DNA of 64,000 nucleotides from NCBI GenBank assembly GCA_965221165.1, contig CBDCRP010000003.1, positions 352,001 through 416,000 on the forward strand, written 5' to 3'. The notes beneath the pieces were generated by a model. That model was not told the origin of the DNA. It saw nothing but the letters and a program-made list of their open reading frames with translations, and made no database searches. A program made the translations under genes and the position numbers. Source of the DNA: a bacterium (GTDB lineage Bacteria; UBA8248). Shown here piece by piece: positions 9,817-18,733 of the stretch. Within the stretch, counting starts at the first letter, position 1; every line of letters starts with the position of its first letter.

Positions 9817-12054
9817 CTAATCCGTGCGAATCTGCGGAACCTTCCCCTTGTGCGGCGCCACTTCGGGCGCAATGCGGTTTACGGAGAAGATGAATTTTTC
9901 GTCACGAATTTTCTTGACGACGTCGTTCAGGTGGGTCAGATCGTGCACCTGCACGTCCAGGCGGATCGCCGCCTTGTCTTGAGCGGCCTCGGCCTCTACG
10001 CGGGAGATATTCGCTCCACAAGTCGCTATGGCTGCGCTTAGGCTCGCCAGCACGCCCGGCCTGTCGCGCGCCTCGACCACGAGCGTCACCAGGTGCATCC
10101 GATCCTTCTCGATCTCGCCCCAGGAGACTTCCACGAGGCGCTCCTGGTCATCCATCAACGACTTGATGTTGGGACAATTCTCGTTGTGCACCGTCACGCC
10201 GCGTCCGCGCGTGATGAAACCGACTATCCCGTCACCCGGAATCGGCTGGCAGCATTTTCCGTAGCGAATCAATACGTCGTCCTGGCCTTTTACGAGGATA
10301 CCCGCCTTGTTCTTGTGGCGACTCACCCGGTTCACCAGACGCCTGAGACGGGATTTGTCTCTCTTCTCCCATTCGCGCACGAGTTGTTCGGGCAACAATT
10401 TATGCACCACCTGCCGCGCGGATACGCGCCCGAAACCAATGGATACCAGCAGGTCCTTATCGGTTTGAACCCCGAAGAATCGCACGACCGACTCCAGTTC
10501 CTTCGGCTTCATGTACTTGAGGGCCTCGTCCTTCTTCACGCACCGGCGCAACTCGTGTTCAAGCAGCTCTTGGCCGAGCGTGAGGGAGCGCTCCCTTTGC
10601 TCCTGCCTTATCCAGTTTCTTATTTTTTGCTTCGCCCGGGCCGTGACGACGAATTTCATCCAGTCGGCGCTGGGTTTGCGGTGCGGGTTCGTGATGATCT
10701 CGACGATGTCGCCATTCTCTAAGAGCGAGCTCAGCGGCGCGATTTTTCCGTTGACCTTGGCCCCCACGCAGTGGCTGCCCACCTCCGTGTGGATGGAGAA
10801 AGCGAAATCGACCGGCGTCGCCCCGCGCGGAAGGCTCTTCACCTCGCCTCTGGGCGTAAAGACGAATACCTCGTCCTGAAACAAATTGACCTTGACGGAA
10901 TCGACCAGATTCCTCGGATCGGACTCCTCGTTCAGGCTTTCCACGATTCTCCTGATCCAATCGAACTTGTCGGCCAGGCCGTCTTCTGCGACCTCGTCGC
11001 CTTCCTTGTATTTCCAGTGCGCCGCAATCCCCTCCTCCGCCACCCGGTGCATCTCCTGGGTGCGAATCTGGAATTCCACCCTCTGGCCCGCCGGCCCCAG
11101 GATGGTGGTATGGAGAGACTTGTATAAATTCGCCTTCGGCAAGGCGATATAATCCTTGAAGCGCCCGGGGATGGGAGTCCACTTGGAGTGCAAAACCCCC
11201 AGTACCGCATAACAATCCTTCACGGTATCCACGATGATTCTCACGCCGCAAATATCGTATACCTGACGGAAATCGAGGTTTTGCGTCTGCATTTTCTCAT
11301 AAATACTGGAATGGAGCTTGAATCTGGAGGACGCGGCGCCGTTGATGCCCTCTTCATCGAGACTCTCCTTCAATTTCTCGATGATGAGAGCCATGTAGGC
11401 TTCGCGGTCCTTGAGGCCGTCGCGGAGCAACTCGTCGATTTCCAGGAACTCCTTGGGATGCAAATGCTTGAACGCCACGTCCTCGAGGGCGCCCTTCAGC
11501 CATCCGATACCGATGCGGTTGGCGAGCGGCGCATATATTTCCGCCGTTTCTCTCGCAATGCGCTCTCTTCTTTTGGGGGGAAGATGGTGAAGCGTAAAAG
11601 CGTTATGGAGTCTGTCCGCGAGCTTGATGATGATGACACGAATGTCTTTCGCCATGGCGATCAGCATCTTGCGATAACTTTCCGCCTGGCGAACCTGGGT
11701 GTTCGAAACATCGATTTTCGCAAGCTTCGTGACGCCATCGACGAGTTCGGCAACGTCTTTTCCGAAATGCTCGTCAATTTCCTGGAGCGTCGTCGAGGTA
11801 TCCTCCACCGTATCGTGCAGCAGTCCGGCGCATACGGTTTCGGGGTCCTGGCGCAACTCCGCCAGAATCCGGGCCACCTCCAATGGATGGGAAATGTAGG
11901 GTTCCCCGGAGATGCGCGACTGTCCCTTATGGACCTTCGCCGTAAAAATATAGGCTTTGGTAAGCAGTTCCAAGCAGTCGGGCGAGTATTCTTCGACCAG
12001 ATCGACGATGTCCATGATCCGGGCGGGTGGGCGCGACGTCAGAACTGGAGGCAA
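9817..12054 (-). CDS. rel: Bifunctional (p)ppGpp synthetase/hydrolase (long RSH)
   Basis: Intact HD motif (LLHDTVED), synthetase motifs (RFKDYIA.PK, EFQIRT, AAHWKYK), TGS, CC and ACT domains. Start is TTG 12054 after GAAGGGGGA, or alternatively ATG 12015. Confidence 0.95.
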   Translation of the reverse strand: MPPVLTSRPPARIMDIVDLVEEYSPDCLELLTKAYIFTAKVHKGQSRISGEPYISHPLEVARILAELRQDPETVCAGLLHDTVEDTSTTLQEIDEHFGKDVAELVDGVTKLAKIDVSNTQVRQAESYRKMLIAMAKDIRVIIIKLADRLHNAFTLHHLPPKRRERIARETAEIYAPLANRIGIGWLKGALEDVAFKHLHPKEFLEIDELLRDGLKDREAYMALIIEKLKESLDEEGINGAASSRFKLHSSIYEKMQTQNLDFRQVYDICGVRIIVDTVKDCYAVLGVLHSKWTPIPGRFKDYIALPKANLYKSLHTTILGPAGQRVEFQIRTQEMHRVAEEGIAAHWKYKEGDEVAEDGLADKFDWIRRIVESLNEESDPRNLVDSVKVNLFQDEVFVFTPRGEVKSLPRGATPVDFAFSIHTEVGSHCVGAKVNGKIAPLSSLLENGDIVEIITNPHRKPSADWMKFVVTARAKQKIRNWIRQEQRERSLTLGQELLEHELRRCVKKDEALKYMKPKELESVVRFFGVQTDKDLLVSIGFGRVSARQVVHKLLPEQLVREWEKRDKSRLRRLVNRVSRHKNKAGILVKGQDDVLIRYGKCCQPIPGDGIVGFITRGRGVTVHNENCPNIKSLMDDQERLVEVSWGEIEKDRMHLVTLVVEARDRPGVLASLSAAIATCGANISRVEAEAAQDKAAIRLDVQVHDLTHLNDVVKKIRDEKFIFSVNRIAPEVAPHKGKVPQIRTD

Positions 12055-12239
12055 CGGATTTCCCCCTTCTTTCGACCTGCTCGCTCGCGATGCCGACAAA
12101 GAGCGAACCCGGGCTCTCCCCGCAGAGGTGAGCCTTTCTCGACCAAAACGCTACCTGAGCCTCCATATAGCGTCAAGAAGGCCCCGTTCAAAAAAAACTC
12201 CCCCGGAATCGGGGGAGTCGCGGCCAAACAGGTATCGTC

Positions 12240-12719
12240 TTAATATGCGCGCAGGGGCGAGGTGACGAACTCGTGCATGAACGGCACCATGTATTCGGAC
12301 TCGTCTTCGTGCTTGGGTACGATGATCGCCCCCTTATTGCAAATCTCCTCGCATAGCCGGCAACCGACGCATGTGGACTGATCCACCACGGCCACGGCGC
12401 TGTGGTCCCGCTCCACGGACGAGGGAGCCATGCGAATGCAATCGAACGGGCAAACGTCCACGCACCAGATGCAGCCCGTGCAGTTCTCCTCCAGCACGAA
12501 CGCCTTGGGCATCTCCTTGTGCTTGATATTCTTGATCACGTCGCCCATATCGTCCTGAATGGCGAATGCCGGGCAATACTTGCCGCACACGCCGCAGTCG
12601 ATACAAAGCGTGGGGTCGATTTTGTAGATCTCGCGCGGGTCGCCCGTAATGGCCTTCGTGGGGCAAACGGGCTCACAAATGGAACACCCGATGCAAGCGT
12701 CGAATATAAAGTGGGTCAT
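12240..12719 (-). CDS. Polyferredoxin with four [4Fe-4S] motifs
   Basis: CIGCSICEPVCP, CIDCGVCGKYCP, CTGCIWCVDVCP, CVGCRLCEEIC. Confidence 0.9.
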   Translation of the reverse strand: MTHFIFDACIGCSICEPVCPTKAITGDPREIYKIDPTLCIDCGVCGKYCPAFAIQDDMGDVIKNIKHKEMPKAFVLEENCTGCIWCVDVCPFDCIRMAPSSVERDHSAVAVVDQSTCVGCRLCEEICNKGAIIVPKHEDESEYMVPFMHEFVTSPLRAY

Positions 12720-12960
12720 AACTGCGCCTCTCGGAAAATTTTCTTCTCAAAGGGCGACACGCCGAGAAAGAGAATATCACCTCGGCCATATCCTTCCGAT
12801 ACCAAAGATATATCCATTCCCCGCGTTGGTTGTCAAGGCGTCTCGTGAACGGCAGTCCCCATCTGGGAGCGAAGTTCGTGATTCTCTTGCCCTCGGCCCG
12901 AATTTCCGTCAAAATAGGGCCGTTGCCTTTTACCGCCAATTCGACTGAAAAGGATTCGAT

Positions 12961-13128
12961 ATGGAAAATTTCCTGGCCATTCTGACAAAGCCCGACAACA
13001 TCCCCATCGGGTTCATGATTCCCCTGCTGGCGTTTTTCGTCTGGCTGGCTATTTCCCAAGGCCTCAGACACGACAAGCTCATCGAAAAAGGGAAGAAAGA
13101 CGACGTATACGACGAGATGATCCGATAA
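12961..13128 (+). CDS. 55-aa single-TM protein (KPDNIPI motif), not in the ORF track
   Basis: Hand translation: MENFLAILTKPDNIPIGFMIPLLAFFVWLAISQGLRHDKLIEKGKKDDVYDEMIR*. Preceded by AAAGGA RBS. Confidence 0.8.
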   Translation: MENFLAILTKPDNIPIGFMIPLLAFFVWLAISQGLRHDKLIEKGKKDDVYDEMIR

Positions 13129-13243
13129 CCGCCTTGGCTGCTCACTCGCTGTCTCCCGCGTCAATCGCCCCTATTTTGGTCCTTGAATCCCGGATGATCG
13201 GTCGCGCGATGCCCTCTCGTTCTCCCATGTCTTGGACATCAAT

Positions 13244-13756
13244 ATGCTAGAACTCATCTTCGTCGCGCTCATCCTGGGATTCATCACCATATTGTTCGTC
13301 AAGAGAACGACGTCGAACATCGCGCTCGAAGCGGATGCGGAACAAAACGCGAACGATTCGGAAATCGATTCCCTGCGCCGGATTTCTCCACAGGCGTTCG
13401 AGCGCATGCTCATCGACCTGCTCGAAGACATGCACATGCGCATCGTCGAGGTTCACTGGGTCAATGAAGAGGAAATCGACATCCTCGCCCACAACCCCGA
13501 ACCCATTCTCGGCGGCGACTACATCATCCACGGCATTCTGGTGCCCGAGGGCGATTTCGTGAACTCGATACGGGTCATCGGCCTCTCCGACACCGTGCGC
13601 GCCGAAAGGGCGCTCAAGGGAATCCTGATATCGACGGGGTATTTCACCGAAGAGGTGCAGAAATACTCAGAAGGCGCTCCCATGGAGCTCATCAACGTCT
13701 CGAAACTCCGCGAGATACTCCACGCCCACGACATGGCCTGGCCCTCTTCGGACTGA
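13244..13756 (+). CDS. Membrane-anchored Mrr-like (Mrr_cat, PD-(D/E)XK fold) protein
   Basis: N-terminal TM helix. Motifs ISPQAFERMLIDLL, IDILA, KGILISTGYFT, MELIN...L. The Q.K catalytic motif appears absent (IIHG). Confidence 0.7.
   Translation: MLELIFVALILGFITILFVKRTTSNIALEADAEQNANDSEIDSLRRISPQAFERMLIDLLEDMHMRIVEVHWVNEEEIDILAHNPEPILGGDYIIHGILVPEGDFVNSIRVIGLSDTVRAERALKGILISTGYFTEEVQKYSEGAPMELINVSKLREILHAHDMAWPSSD
13611..13756 (+). repeat. Direct repeat copy 1 (146 bp), 3' end of the Mrr-like gene
   Basis: Matches 15464..15609 with 10 mismatches by manual alignment. Confidence 0.95.
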
Positions 13757-13912
13757 GGCGGCTCCTCTGCAAGCAAAAGAACACACAAGAACAAAGACCT
13801 GACAGGCGAAACAATCAGCCATGCAACGCCGTCGTTCCGGTGTCGTTCCCGACCGAGGAGGGAGGGATTGACAGATGAATTTCTCCCCTTTCGGACATCT
13901 TGATCTTAAACC

Positions 13913-14109
13913 GTAGGGGCAGCCCCCTCCTCGGGCCTGCCCCACCTTTCGCGAACGGCCCTTGCCGGAGGAAACGGGCGCTTCACGAAGCGCCCCTACG
14001 GGGGGAGAATCGTAGGGACAGGCCCCTGTGCCTGTCCGGTTCCCCTGTGCCTGTCCTGACGAGGGACAACCCCGGGGGGCAGGGACAACCCAGAAGGGTC
14101 GTCCCCTAC
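13913..14109. repeat. Two inverted pairs of GTAG-type REP-like palindromes
   Basis: GTAGGGGC...GCCCCTAC (13913-13999) and GTAGGGACAGGC...GTCCCCTAC (14012-14109). The second resembles 40211-40284. Confidence 0.75.
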
Positions 14110-14320
14110 TACAAAACTGCTTCGCCCTTCCCGGTCGGGACCGATCTCGGTAATCACTCCCCCTCGAGGGTCGGGCTTCCCGAGCAGGAAAAGCCCGGCG
14201 GCAAGGTAAGGGCGAAGCCCGGAGCCGCGGATCGATTCGGTGACGCCATGGGGCGCCAAACACCCGATTGCGGCGTCGGGGATGGCGGGATCGGTGATGG
14301 AAATTCTTTCCGGGTCCGGG

Positions 14321-15247
14321 CTAGGCCCTTTTCCTTTTGGCGCGGCTCCTCCGGGGTTTCGGCGCCGGGCGTTCTTTCAGGAACCAGTCGAGTATCTGCT
14401 CGCCGTCCCAGCACACCACCCCCGGTTTGGACAAAATATGTTCGAAGGTTTCGCGCACGTATTTTATCCGGTGCGGCGAGCCCGACAGATAAGGATGCAT
14501 GGCGATGGACATCACTTTGGTGGATTCGTGGCTTTCGGCATAAACGGTCTCGAAGTAATCAAGCGCCCGGTCGCGGAAGACCTGGGACGTGTGGTACTGG
14601 ATCGCCATCAGCACGATGTCATGAAGCTCGTAGTTGTAGGGCAGCGCCACGACCGATTTGCCGACCGTCGTCTTCAAATGCACTGGTTGGTCGTCGAGCA
14701 CCCAGTCGCCGATATATTCGATGCCAGCCTCGGCAAGAAAATCGAGCGTCTGGTATGTCTGGGTCAGTCCCGGACCGAACCAGCCGCGCGGCCTTTTACC
14801 GGCGAAATCCGTGATCACGGTCATGCATTGGTCGATAACCGCGCGTTCGTCGTCGAGCTTGTGCATCGGCACCTGTTCGAAGGAGTGGGCGTTGAATTCC
14901 CAATCCGCTTCCAGACACGCCTCGGCGACGCGCGGATATTCCAGGCAGGTGCGGGCGTTCAGGGTAACCGTCGGGCGTACGCCCAGTTCATCGAGCATGC
15001 GTTTGATGCGCCACACACCGACCCGCATTCCGTATTCGTGCCAGCTCCAGTTCGGATGATCGGGGAGCATCGGCACCCCCTGGGGCGGGGGTATCACCAT
15101 ACGCGCCATTGGCCGGACGATGTCCCACACTTCCAGCGCCAGGACCGGCCAGAGCACCAGGCGGGCGCCGCCCGGCAGTTTGAGCGGCTTACGATCGATG
15201 ATGGCCGAATAGGGCAGGCGGTCACCGGGCCTCATGCCTTGTTTCAT
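14321..15247 (-). CDS. Polysaccharide deacetylase family protein (PuuE/allantoinase-like)
   Basis: Motifs NWSWHEYGMRVGVWRI, RPRGWFGPGL, DWVLDDQP, ALPY, SIAMHPYLSG.PHR. Confidence 0.85.
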   Translation of the reverse strand: MKQGMRPGDRLPYSAIIDRKPLKLPGGARLVLWPVLALEVWDIVRPMARMVIPPPQGVPMLPDHPNWSWHEYGMRVGVWRIKRMLDELGVRPTVTLNARTCLEYPRVAEACLEADWEFNAHSFEQVPMHKLDDERAVIDQCMTVITDFAGKRPRGWFGPGLTQTYQTLDFLAEAGIEYIGDWVLDDQPVHLKTTVGKSVVALPYNYELHDIVLMAIQYHTSQVFRDRALDYFETVYAESHESTKVMSIAMHPYLSGSPHRIKYVRETFEHILSKPGVVCWDGEQILDWFLKERPAPKPRRSRAKRKRA

Positions 15248-15326
15248 GTCTTATCTCCGAATAGGTTGCGTCCGACCAGGTAGAGCGGCGCGCGGGTTAT
15301 TGTTTGCCGTCATTATACCATAGTCG

Positions 15327-15609
15327 ATGACTGCGTCTGCCGATGAAAATGTCGTTCTGGTTGAACGCGAAGGCGATATCGTCACCGCCGGATGGAACCG
15401 GCCGGAAAAGCTGAATGCGCCGCATTCGCACCTGCACTGCACGACTCACTGCTGCGGAATGGACGCTCCAGGGAATCCTGATGCCGACGGGGTATTTCAC
15501 CGAGGAAGTGCAGAAATACTCAGAAGGCGCTCCCATGGAGCTCATCAACGTCTCGAAACTCCGCGAGATACTCCACGCCCACGACATGGCTTGGCCTAGT
15601 TCGGATTGA
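15327..15609 (+). pseudogene. Chimeric remnant: enoyl-CoA hydratase N-terminal fragment joined out of frame to a second copy of the Mrr-like gene 3' end
   Basis: 15327-15420 encodes VVLVEREGDIVTAGWNRPEKLNA (compare ITLNRPEKLNA in 45470..46237). 15464-15609 repeats the GIL..TGYFTEEV...WPSSD tail. Confidence 0.75.
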
Positions 15610-15631
15610 AGCGCCGACTCGGGGAACGCCC

Positions 15632-16054
15632 TCACGCGCCCGTCCACGGGTCGATTACCTCAACCCCCATTTCTGCGAAGTCCCGGACGTTGCGCGTCGC
15701 CACCGCCATGCCTCGCGAGCGCGCGATAGCCGCAATCTGAGAATCGGCCATGGGGGCAGGACGCCCGGCGGCGCGGCGCGCCGAAGCGACTTCCGCATAG
15801 GCGAGCGCCGCGGCGCTGTCGAACGGCAACACGCGGCCTTCGAAATCCTCGCGAAGCATGGCTTCGATCTCCGAAGCCAACCTGTCCCGTCGCCGGCCCA
15901 TAGGCATAACGGCAACGCCGTAGCGCAGTTCCACTTCGCCGACTGCCGAGAAGAACAGGTCCTCCGCAGGATGTCCCGCAATCCACGCCTCGACGGACGA
16001 ATCGGTCGACAGGCGCATCAGTTCGGAAACGACGTTGGTGTCGAGCAGGATCAT
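15632..16054 (-). CDS. vapC: PIN-domain toxin (VapC/FitB type)
   Basis: Motifs MILLDTNVVSELMR, ELRYG, ADSQIAAIA, ATRNVRDF. Confidence 0.95.
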   Translation of the reverse strand: MILLDTNVVSELMRLSTDSSVEAWIAGHPAEDLFFSAVGEVELRYGVAVMPMGRRRDRLASEIEAMLREDFEGRVLPFDSAAALAYAEVASARRAAGRPAPMADSQIAAIARSRGMAVATRNVRDFAEMGVEVIDPWTGA

Positions 16055-16065
16055 GCCTAGCCGCC

Positions 16066-16308
16066 TTAATCGAACCGAGGCGGCTCGCGCGCCGGTTCAC
16101 GCGGCGGCAACTCCAGTTCCACGCCGCCCAAGGGCGCGAAGCGGGCGCGGATGAGGCTTGCGAGGTTTCCTGAACCCGGCTTGCGCCCGACAGCCTCGCG
16201 CAGGATCAGCCGCGCTTCCTCCTCCATCGAACGCCCGTTCTCCGCCGCCCGGATACGAAGGCGGGTTTTCACGTCGTCATCGAGATTGCGGATCGTGATG
16301 CTCGCCAT
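16066..16308 (-). CDS. FitA/StbC-like ribbon-helix-helix antitoxin
   Basis: MASITIRNLDDDVKTRLRIRAAENGRSMEEEAR, directly upstream of vapC. Confidence 0.92.
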   Translation of the reverse strand: MASITIRNLDDDVKTRLRIRAAENGRSMEEEARLILREAVGRKPGSGNLASLIRARFAPLGGVELELPPREPAREPPRFD

Positions 16309-16487
16309 GGTGATGCCCTCCCTCTGGGTTGAATTCTACGCTATCATTGATTGCAATGCAATCAAACAGCACCCGGCGTTGCACGCTCGCCATCGTCCGT
16401 GCGACGCCCCATGTGGACGAGGAAAAACATCCGTTCGTACTTCTTCCCCCATCGGACACCTTGAACCGTAAGGACAAATCGTACCTG

Positions 16488-16860
16488 CAGGGGCGGACCC
16501 ATGTGTCTGCCCGCCTATGCCTTTGATCGTCATTCCGCAGTGCCTGAATGCGGAATCCAGCGGCTTTGTCTTTCGCTTTCGTCTTTGCCGTCATCGAGCA
16601 ATGTCGTCATGTTCACCGGTTCTAGATTCCGCATTTCCTCCCTCCTCAGTCGGAAATGACACCGGAAAGACGGCAATCTTCGATTCAGGTTCCGTAGGGG
16701 CGGACCTACGTGTCCGCCCGCGTTCCGTCTAAGAGTGTGATTCCGGCGCTCAATGGCCATGCCGAGCGGGATGAAAAAATCCACCTTTGGAGGGATATTC
16801 CTCCGTAGGGGCAAAGGACAGGTACATGAAAACCGGGCGGACACATAGGTCCGCCCCTAC
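16488..16860. repeat. Cluster of REP-like and ATTCC..GGAAT palindromes
   Basis: GTAGGGGCGGACCTACGTGTCCGCCC at 16694 with an inverted copy ending CCCCTAC at 16860. GTCATTCCGCA..TGCGGAATCC...GGAAATGAC spans about 16529-16660. Confidence 0.75.
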
Positions 16861-16880
16861 AAAAAACGAAGCATTCAAAC

Positions 16881-16909
16881 AAAAAAGCCGCCTCCGTAAA
16901 GAAGCGGCT
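16881..16909 (-). terminator. Rho-independent terminator of the Rieske/cytochrome b operon
   Basis: On the minus strand AGCCGCTTC-TTTACG-GAGGCGGCT followed by a T-tract. Confidence 0.75.
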
Positions 16910-16961
16910 GAGCGCGGTATCGTTATGAAGTTTCAGGAGGCTTCTGCGACCTCAGCTTCCT

Positions 16962-17069
16962 CTAGGCCAGGAGATACACCACGCCCGAGACTACGAGCAG
17001 AGCGACCGCGCCCAATTTGACGCCGCAGGCGTCCCACCACAAGTGTTTTCGCTGTCTATCCTGAACCAT
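16962..17069 (-). CDS. 35-aa single-TM peptide, last gene of the Rieske/cytochrome b operon, not in the ORF track
   Basis: Hand translation: MVQDRQRKHLWWDACGVKLGAVALLVVSGVVYLLA*. GGAGAAG RBS. Starts 18 nt after the subunit IV stop and lies upstream of the terminator. Confidence 0.6.
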   Translation of the reverse strand: MVQDRQRKHLWWDACGVKLGAVALLVVSGVVYLLA

Positions 17070-17087
17070 CTTCTCCGCTCAAAAAAT

Positions 17088-17867
17088 CTAAATGTTGAAC
17101 CACGGGGTCACGAGAACGTATTTGACGTTGAACCCGATGCGCATGACCATTTTCGCCACCAATCCCATCATCGTCATGTTCAGGGACGCCTTGATGAGAT
17201 AGCGCACCAGTCCTACGTTCTTCATGCGCTCACGCCGCCAGATGTAATACGCCGGTATGGTGGCGTACCAGAGCACAATCATCACGGTGCCCGCCGCCGC
17301 CTGGCCCCAATAGCTCCTGAAGCCCAGCATGTAGGGGAGGTCCACGTTCGTCAGGGCCACGACCTTGTGCGGGTCCCAGTATTCCCAGGGCATGAAGAAG
17401 TTCCATCCCGGCCCGCGCAGGAAAGTCCCCTGCACCACCATCCACACCCACAAGACCAGAAATCCGAACAAGAAGATGAGGATGGCGAACCTGCGCTCGT
17501 GGAAGGTGTAGTAGCCGTTCCCCTTGGGGTTCACGTCGATGAAGGGGATGGCCATGAGACCCACGATGATGAGGGTGGGCAGCACGACGCCCGCCATCCA
17601 CGGGTCGAAATACACGAGCATCTCCTGAAGGCCCAGGAAATACCACGGCGCTTTCGAGGGGTTCGGCGTAACGGAGGGATTCGCCGGCTCCTCGAGCGGC
17701 GCGTCGATCACGATGGACCACACCACCAGCAGCACGGTGATGATGATCGCGCACATGAACTCCAGGCGCGTGAGGTAGGGCCACACGTGAACCTTGTCGT
17801 TCACCCGCTCCCAACTCGTCTTGGCCATGTCATCGGCAGAGCCGACTACCTTGTCTTCCTTCGCCAA
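17088..17867 (-). CDS. Cytochrome b C-terminal subunit (subunit IV-like) of a split cytochrome b
   Basis: VHVWP, APLEEPANP..TPNPSKAPWYFLGLQE (Qo motif is APWY instead of PEWY), several TM helices. Confidence 0.9.
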   Translation of the reverse strand: MAKEDKVVGSADDMAKTSWERVNDKVHVWPYLTRLEFMCAIIITVLLVVWSIVIDAPLEEPANPSVTPNPSKAPWYFLGLQEMLVYFDPWMAGVVLPTLIIVGLMAIPFIDVNPKGNGYYTFHERRFAILIFLFGFLVLWVWMVVQGTFLRGPGWNFFMPWEYWDPHKVVALTNVDLPYMLGFRSYWGQAAAGTVMIVLWYATIPAYYIWRRERMKNVGLVRYLIKASLNMTMMGLVAKMVMRIGFNVKYVLVTPWFNI

Positions 17868-17901
17868 TGTTCTCGCCCTTCCCTTTTATGCCCCGAAAAA
17901 C

Positions 17902-18690
17902 CTAGAGAGGCCCGGAGATGCCCCCGTCTTTTCGGATTCTCCAGAAATGCACCATCATCAGAATCGCCGCTATCAGGGGCACGACGATGCAATGCAGCAC
18001 GTAAAACCGCAGAAGCGTGGGCGGGCCGACGATGGTGCCGCCCAGCAGGGCCGAGCGCGCATCGAAACGCGGCGTAACGCCCACCATTTCGGCGAACGGA
18101 CCCTCGTGCCCCAGCAGGGGCGTGGCCCGCGCCATGTTGGTTCCCACCGTCACCGCCCAGATGGCCAGCTGATCCCAGGGCAGCAGATAGCCGGTGAAGC
18201 TGAGCAGGAGCGTGAGCGTGAGCAGCAACACCCCGATGACCCAGTTGAACTCGCGCGGCGGCTTGTAGGAGCCCGTCATGAAGACGCGCATCATGTGCAG
18301 CCACACGGAGATGACCATGGCGTGCGCCGCCCAGCGGTGCATGTTGCGCATGAACATGCCGAAGGGGGCGTCGAATTCGAGATACTTGATGTCGGCGTAG
18401 GCGTACTCGCCCACGGGCCGGTAGTAGAACATCAACACCACGCCGGTGACGACGAGGTAGAGGAACAGCAGGAACGTCACCCCGCCCATGCACCACGTGA
18501 AGCGGATGCGGATGGCGTGGCGCCTGATTTTCGTGGGGTGTAAGTGCAGCCACAGGTTATCCACGACCATGAGAACGCGGTTTCTCGGCGTATCCTCATA
18601 CCCGTGGCGGAACATCGACCTCCAGACCTGGGAATCAAGAACATTTTTTTTCACCTGATCCAGGTTCAAGCGTTCTTTCAAACTCGGCAT
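17902..18690 (-). CDS. Cytochrome b N-terminal subunit (cytochrome b6-like)
   Basis: [43 protein letters not shown]...HF. Cys in FTWCMGG lies at the heme c(i) attachment position. Confidence 0.95.
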   Translation of the reverse strand: MPSLKERLNLDQVKKNVLDSQVWRSMFRHGYEDTPRNRVLMVVDNLWLHLHPTKIRRHAIRIRFTWCMGGVTFLLFLYLVVTGVVLMFYYRPVGEYAYADIKYLEFDAPFGMFMRNMHRWAAHAMVISVWLHMMRVFMTGSYKPPREFNWVIGVLLLTLTLLLSFTGYLLPWDQLAIWAVTVGTNMARATPLLGHEGPFAEMVGVTPRFDARSALLGGTIVGPPTLLRFYVLHCIVVPLIAAILMMVHFWRIRKDGGISGPL

Positions 18691-18733
18691 CTATAAACCC
18701 CCACGCACTCGCTTCAAACGAATATGAAAACCT

